Below are positions 58,821 to 64,000 of a DNA stretch of 64,000 nucleotides, one piece after another (position 1 is the first letter of the stretch; every line of letters begins with the position of its first letter). Source of the stretch: Lingula anatina. Taxonomy: Eukaryota > Animalia > Brachiopoda. The notes under the pieces were generated by a model. That model worked only from the letters and a program-made list of their open reading frames with translations, searched no databases and was not told where the DNA came from. The DNA lies in the NCBI GenBank assembly GCA_051362555.1, contig CM120647.1, positions 5,890,001 to 5,954,000 of the forward strand, read 5' to 3'. The position numbers and the translations under genes are program-made.

Positions 58821-61032
58821 GATGTTCGTATGCTAGCCTTCTGTGCCTCATACGACAGCTGGCTGTGCTATATCCTCCTCAGGGAGTTGAGAACGTCTTC
58901 TGACAGTCTGAATCAGGGCCAAAATAAGTCGGTCATACGAATATCTTTTGTAAACCGCATTGAGAAGCAGTAGAATGCGGTAAATAAGACCCAGACTTAA
59001 TTTTTTTCACCTAATGACGAAATTATTTTGTAAATGCAGGTAACAACCATCCAAAGTGTGTCTAACTCTCGTCTTCTCTAAATTGAGACCGAAAACAAAA
59101 CGCCAAGGGACGTTTGGCTGCACTCCACGGAATTACACGCACTGCAGGATCTATACTGAAGATCGTGTAGGCTTTGCTTGCTCGTAAATCTCACCACTTT
59201 CCGGACAGCAATACGATCCATCAGTGCAGCCACTCTCACACTCCCAGGCTAACTCCCAAGTGGACTAAACAGGATAACCCTAACTGTGGTAGCCTTACCT
59301 CTAGATTATGTCAAACCATCAAATTCTGCTTCGATCTATATTGCCTAGAACTGCTTGTACGTTGTGAGGGGCGCATGCGCATGCCGTGCAGCAATACAAC
59401 TTATCGTAATCCAGAAATAAAGAGGGATTTCAGCAACCCATGGCTGCACCTGCTGCGGTCTTACTGCGGTAAAACTAGACCTGTTTGTGCTAGTAGCGTG
59501 TATTATCGCTCCGGAACTGCCTGTACGCAGAATAACTGTCCGATCATCGAATATACGACTGTCGGTTTCTAGTCTGTGTGCATGAATTTAAGCATATTCT
59601 ATTGATTTTGTTGCCTCTGCCAGGTCGGATAATGCCCAGTAATGTCTGGGATGTTAATCCTATTCCGGCAATTTGGCCTTCGGAGCGTATTCAGTTTGAT
59701 ATCCTATTAGCGAATGCTTTATATTCTGATACAGCTTAATACGTCTAATACCCATGCTTAATATTCTTACATGGCGTGTGTGTAATATAGGGAAGAGCTG
59801 ATAAATTTATTAAATACTCAATTCAGTCTACTTTGGCTTGTTCTCGGGGTGAGATAAGCAGTTTAGACTAATACAGACACACCGTGTTACATTTTTGATT
59901 TATATACAAAATCTGGTAGTTTCAGCAATTTTCACTCTATCAGCATGGTATCATTATTGTCATCACCGCATCTGCCATGGCATTTCAGCAAGGAACGTCA
60001 GTCCTTTTTTCGTCAGTTTTATCTAGCTCGGTCCTGATGCAGTCACTGAGGGTCAAATGGCTCGCCACACTTTAAACTCTTCCTTAACGTCTTTTCAGCC
60101 GAGTGAAGATTTTATTAGTGGCTAAAAAAAATCAAGCAACTAAAAATTATGACTTGTGCCAAAAAACTTAACTAAGGTTTTATTTTTAATTTTTAAAGTC
60201 CGGCTAGACCATGAAAGTAGCCGCAAGCTTTGAAATAAACATTTAAGACATTTTCTGAGACGTTAGACACCACACTCGCTTCCTGAAAAGTTGCAGATTT
60301 TCTACTTTAGTAAAAAATTAACTAGATCGATTGGAGAATGCGAGATGGTTCTGCAAGCGACAGTATCGAAGGTTTTTTATTTAGTCCGTTTGTGATTTTT
60401 TGTGTGAGAACAGATGAAACTAGTAATTATTATTTTATTTTGTAAGTCTCTAGGTTCATGTTAGATAAGTTCCACTTTGATAAACAATTCTTCCGCTCGC
60501 TTACTTTTAATAAAATAAAAAATGCTAAGTGGACCTTTATATTGAGAATGAGTGAATATGGATATTCCTGTGATCTAATTTACGGTCATTTGGTCTTCAC
60601 CTTTTGCAACGAACAGATGGAGACGCCATATGGCGCTAAAACCTCAAACTAAACTAAACAACGATACTATTTGTCTATGTAGGTCGAGCCAACTTTGTGG
60701 GGGGTCTCGCTGAATGCAATCAACTGAAATGAATGACACGCTTCCTCTTGTTCCCAACGTAATCGTGTCACCAACTTTTCCGTGTATTACTCAACAAGAG
60801 GAGGCGTGTTAAGCTGATTGCATTCAGCAAGAGTCCCCGCAGAGTTGGATCGATCTGCATAGACCGATAGTGTCATTGGAAATGAGTCCTAATAGCCAAT
60901 AATATGACTCGAGACATAATGTTCGTTTTTAATCAAGCATGTAATAGTACCCTGCGTTGTGGTATGTATTTCAAATGAACTATCCCGAACATTGATAGAT
61001 GATAATTATTTTACACTAGCTGAAAATTCCTA

Positions 61033-61238
61033 GAGGGCATTCCCAGAGATTTAGATCGAGCTTACTAGATCGACCTAACTCCCTGGGGGTTCACGCTAAA
61101 TTGCAGTCAGCCAACCGTCAGTTACCCCCTTACAGCTTGTAGTGGGCGGGACGGACATTTAAGCCGGATTATCTGACAGTAATCTAGTGAGACTCCCCAC
61201 GGGGATAGATCGATCTAAAATCTATGGGAATGCGCCCC
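61033..61238. mobile_element. Harbinger-like MITE family A copy (reverse orientation)
   Basis: Matches 37985-38199. Confidence 0.75.
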
Positions 61239-62857
61239 TAGATGTATGCTAGCTATTAATGGAAATGATTGTGATAAAAAAAGCAATTATTTCGGCTTGT
61301 ATGTATGAACTCAGATCCTGGCTCAAGTCCAACTATTTTAGTCTTCAATGATGTAGGCAAAACTGAATTGGTAAATTTCAGCTCTAGGTTTTTGAAATTC
61401 AGTACCTATCTAGATAGTATCAGAGTTGGCGATTCTGTTATAAAAAAGCACATAGCTGTAGTTAGAAACTTGATTGTAGTTTTTACAAATGTGAGATGAG
61501 ATCACACATAAAGGAAGTGTATAAATTATCATATTTTAGTCTGCAACGAATTTCTAAGATTCTTCACATTATTGACAGCAAGCAAACAAAGCTGCTCATC
61601 CATGTATTTTTTTACTTCTAGACTCAATTATTGCAATAGCCTCCTATTTGGAATACCAAACTAGCAAATAGAAAACTTCAGTCTATTGGAGTCCAAAATT
61701 CACAAGTACGATCACATTACACCAGTTCTGTCTGCAATCTGCATTGGTCACCAATATTTCTCTAAGAACTGTCAATAAAATATTACTCTTGATTTAAATT
61801 TTTTAAAGAGCAACTGTCCATTTCATTTGAACAACTTGCCAGTCTCATTAGAACTCTAATTAGATCGAGTGGTCAAATTCAATTATTGCGAAAAGATACA
61901 AAAAAAGGCATTAAAAACGTATGGGAGTGTTGGGACTGCAGCACTAATTTTATGGTCTAATTTTATTAACAAATCCAATGTTTCTTGGCATTTTTAAAAA
62001 GAGGAAAACATTTTTGATTCAGAAAACATTTTGATTAATTGATATGATACAACTACCAAGCTAACGAGCATTTTTGCTTATTCATCCCTACAATATTTAT
62101 TGTTGAAAACAAAATTAAACGTACAAATAAAACTGGTTGTCAGATGTAGGCCTATGTCTGTGTGTGCGCGTGCGATTTGACATATTTTAAGTCAAGACGT
62201 CCAAGACGCCATTAATATTTCTGAATGCAAAGCGGGTTCCACTACTACTACGAGGAATACATTAATAAACAATGACATGCACGAGGTCGTCACAACATGT
62301 CCGGAAAATCAAAAAGGTATTATATACAGACTACTTAACTCTAAATGCAGTGCAATAAAACCTCCATGACGCGGGACTATTACTGTAAATCATTTCGGCC
62401 CGCATCAGCTGTGTAGCACACTCAGTTTCAAAAATGGTCTGAATTCCTGAGCCTACTAAGAATTATCTAGTCGACTAAGGTGAGTGTCTCTCGGATCCTT
62501 AAAGAATCTAAAACGTCGCATGCCTCGACTTTTCTATGACGTGATGCCCGATTTTAGCAGCTTAGACTATCTCAAGAACTTGACAACCGACCTGAGAACT
62601 TTCGTGATATAGGCCCATGTTATTTTTTCTTCAGTCAACGGTTAAGCTAACACTCTTTGTTCTTCGATATTAAAGCCTCTTTCAAGTCATTTTATGGATG
62701 TTAATGGAATCTCCCTCTATATTTTAACGACGAGGTTGACATGAACTTCAAACTAAATGGATACTTACCTTGGTTTACGATTATCTACTAAGTTAACTGA
62801 AATCAAAATATTCACCAGTGTCTGATAAGGTGGTTGTATAATATACACGAGCCCAAG

Positions 62858-62887
62858 AGCGCGCGCGCGCACACATACACACCCACC

Positions 62888-62948
<61 letters not shown>

Positions 62949-63072
62949 GCGCGGACGCAAAAACACAAACACTCAGTTTATCTTATACTCTGTCCATGTG
63001 TGTGTGTTTGCGTGCGTGCATGCGTGCTTGCGTGTGTGTGTGTATGCGTGCGTGCGTGCGTGTGCGAGTGTG
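62858..63072. repeat. Compound (CG)n/(CA)n/(TGCG)n microsatellites
   Basis: Seen directly. Confidence 0.9.
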
Positions 63073-64000
63073 TTACACAGCCACACACTCCTTTCACCTA
63101 CATTTCAGGCGACCAGCTGAACAAACGCCGTACCTCGGCTAGATGTGCAAGCCAAGTGCTCGGTGTAACTTTCGATAATTAATGAAACAGTCCTTAAGTC
63201 GGCGTTTTCCTTGACCCAAAGGCATGTCACAGCATCTCGTTAAAACAAAGGAGAGAACTCGTAAACGTTACCTGTGCTTGCCTGTGCCTCTTGAAGACAT
63301 GTGCATCTTCCCTGGCACAGAGTGACACGTTTTATATAATTTACACTTTAACGGCGTTATTAAGCCCTTCCCCTTAAATATGGTGACTCCAAATTAATGT
63401 GGCTCCAAATGCCGTGGTTAATATTAAGTCTGCACACCAAGGTGACCTCACATCCGCGACATGATCAATTTGCATAAATTTTCTTTTTTATATAATTGCA
63501 GCTTGAAACAAATGTAGCAAACTGCCAAGGTCACAGACGATAGAACATTCCTGGTTAAAGGATTTAACAAAAAAAAATTAAAACAGGTGAATCGCCTGCA
63601 GAAGCCTATCCATCAAAATTTATTATCTTGCTGTGTGTACACTAATTACTTTCGTCAACTATGCTTCGTCTCTTACTTTTAACCTCCTGAAAAAAGACAT
63701 ATATTCGTTGAAATTTTGAGAAATATCGAAATCTATGTCTTCATTTCAAGGGCTGACTGTATTCAGGATCAAGCCCCCCCCCCCCCCCCCACCTCCCCCA
63801 GGTTCTGAAAAAACTCCTTCCATTTTCCCTCCAAAACTTATATAAGACAAAAACAAACGATTACTCCATCCTTACGTAATCTGGACTTGTTTTTTTTTTT
63901 TTCTGTCGCAGACGACATTTCTATTTCAGTCCCCAGGTACAGTAAATCAACCCGGTGTGATCAGGGCAGGAATGGTAGTCCTAGGCTCTGTTCTCACAAC

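Noticed and set aside
59174-59572. 132-aa ORF in CpG-rich intergenic sequence
   Set aside because: It has a non-ATG start, no recognisable domain and no supporting splice structure.

Overview
Eukaryotic, AT-rich, intron-containing genomic DNA from an invertebrate, most likely a lophotrochozoan such as a mollusc or annelid. That assignment is inferred from repeat types and gene content and is not proven. Four recognisable genes could be assembled by hand with frame-consistent GT-AG exons: TRAPPC9/brunelleschi (+, 23 coding exons, 2870-28210), HS1BP3 (-, 7 coding exons, 39788-35021), UQCRB (+, 4 exons, 40095-45257, head-to-head with HS1BP3) and an intronless LicD/FKRP-type phosphotransferase (-, 53609-52752). 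A fifth, unexplained 515-aa intronless ORF (14373-15920) is nested inside a TRAPPC9 intron. It lies downstream of a tandemly repeated RFX X-box/CCAAT module, and its N-terminus resembles from memory the PADRE domain of spiralian TALE (SPILE) proteins, but it has no homeodomain. Introns and intergenic DNA contain satellite-carrying non-autonomous Helentron/HINE-like elements, an internally deleted DIRS-type tyrosine-recombinase retroelement, a 2.1-kb foldback element, several MITE families and microsatellites. A recurring feature is that many introns contain tandem or decayed copies of their own exon-intron junctions. No rRNA, tRNA or CRISPR features were seen.
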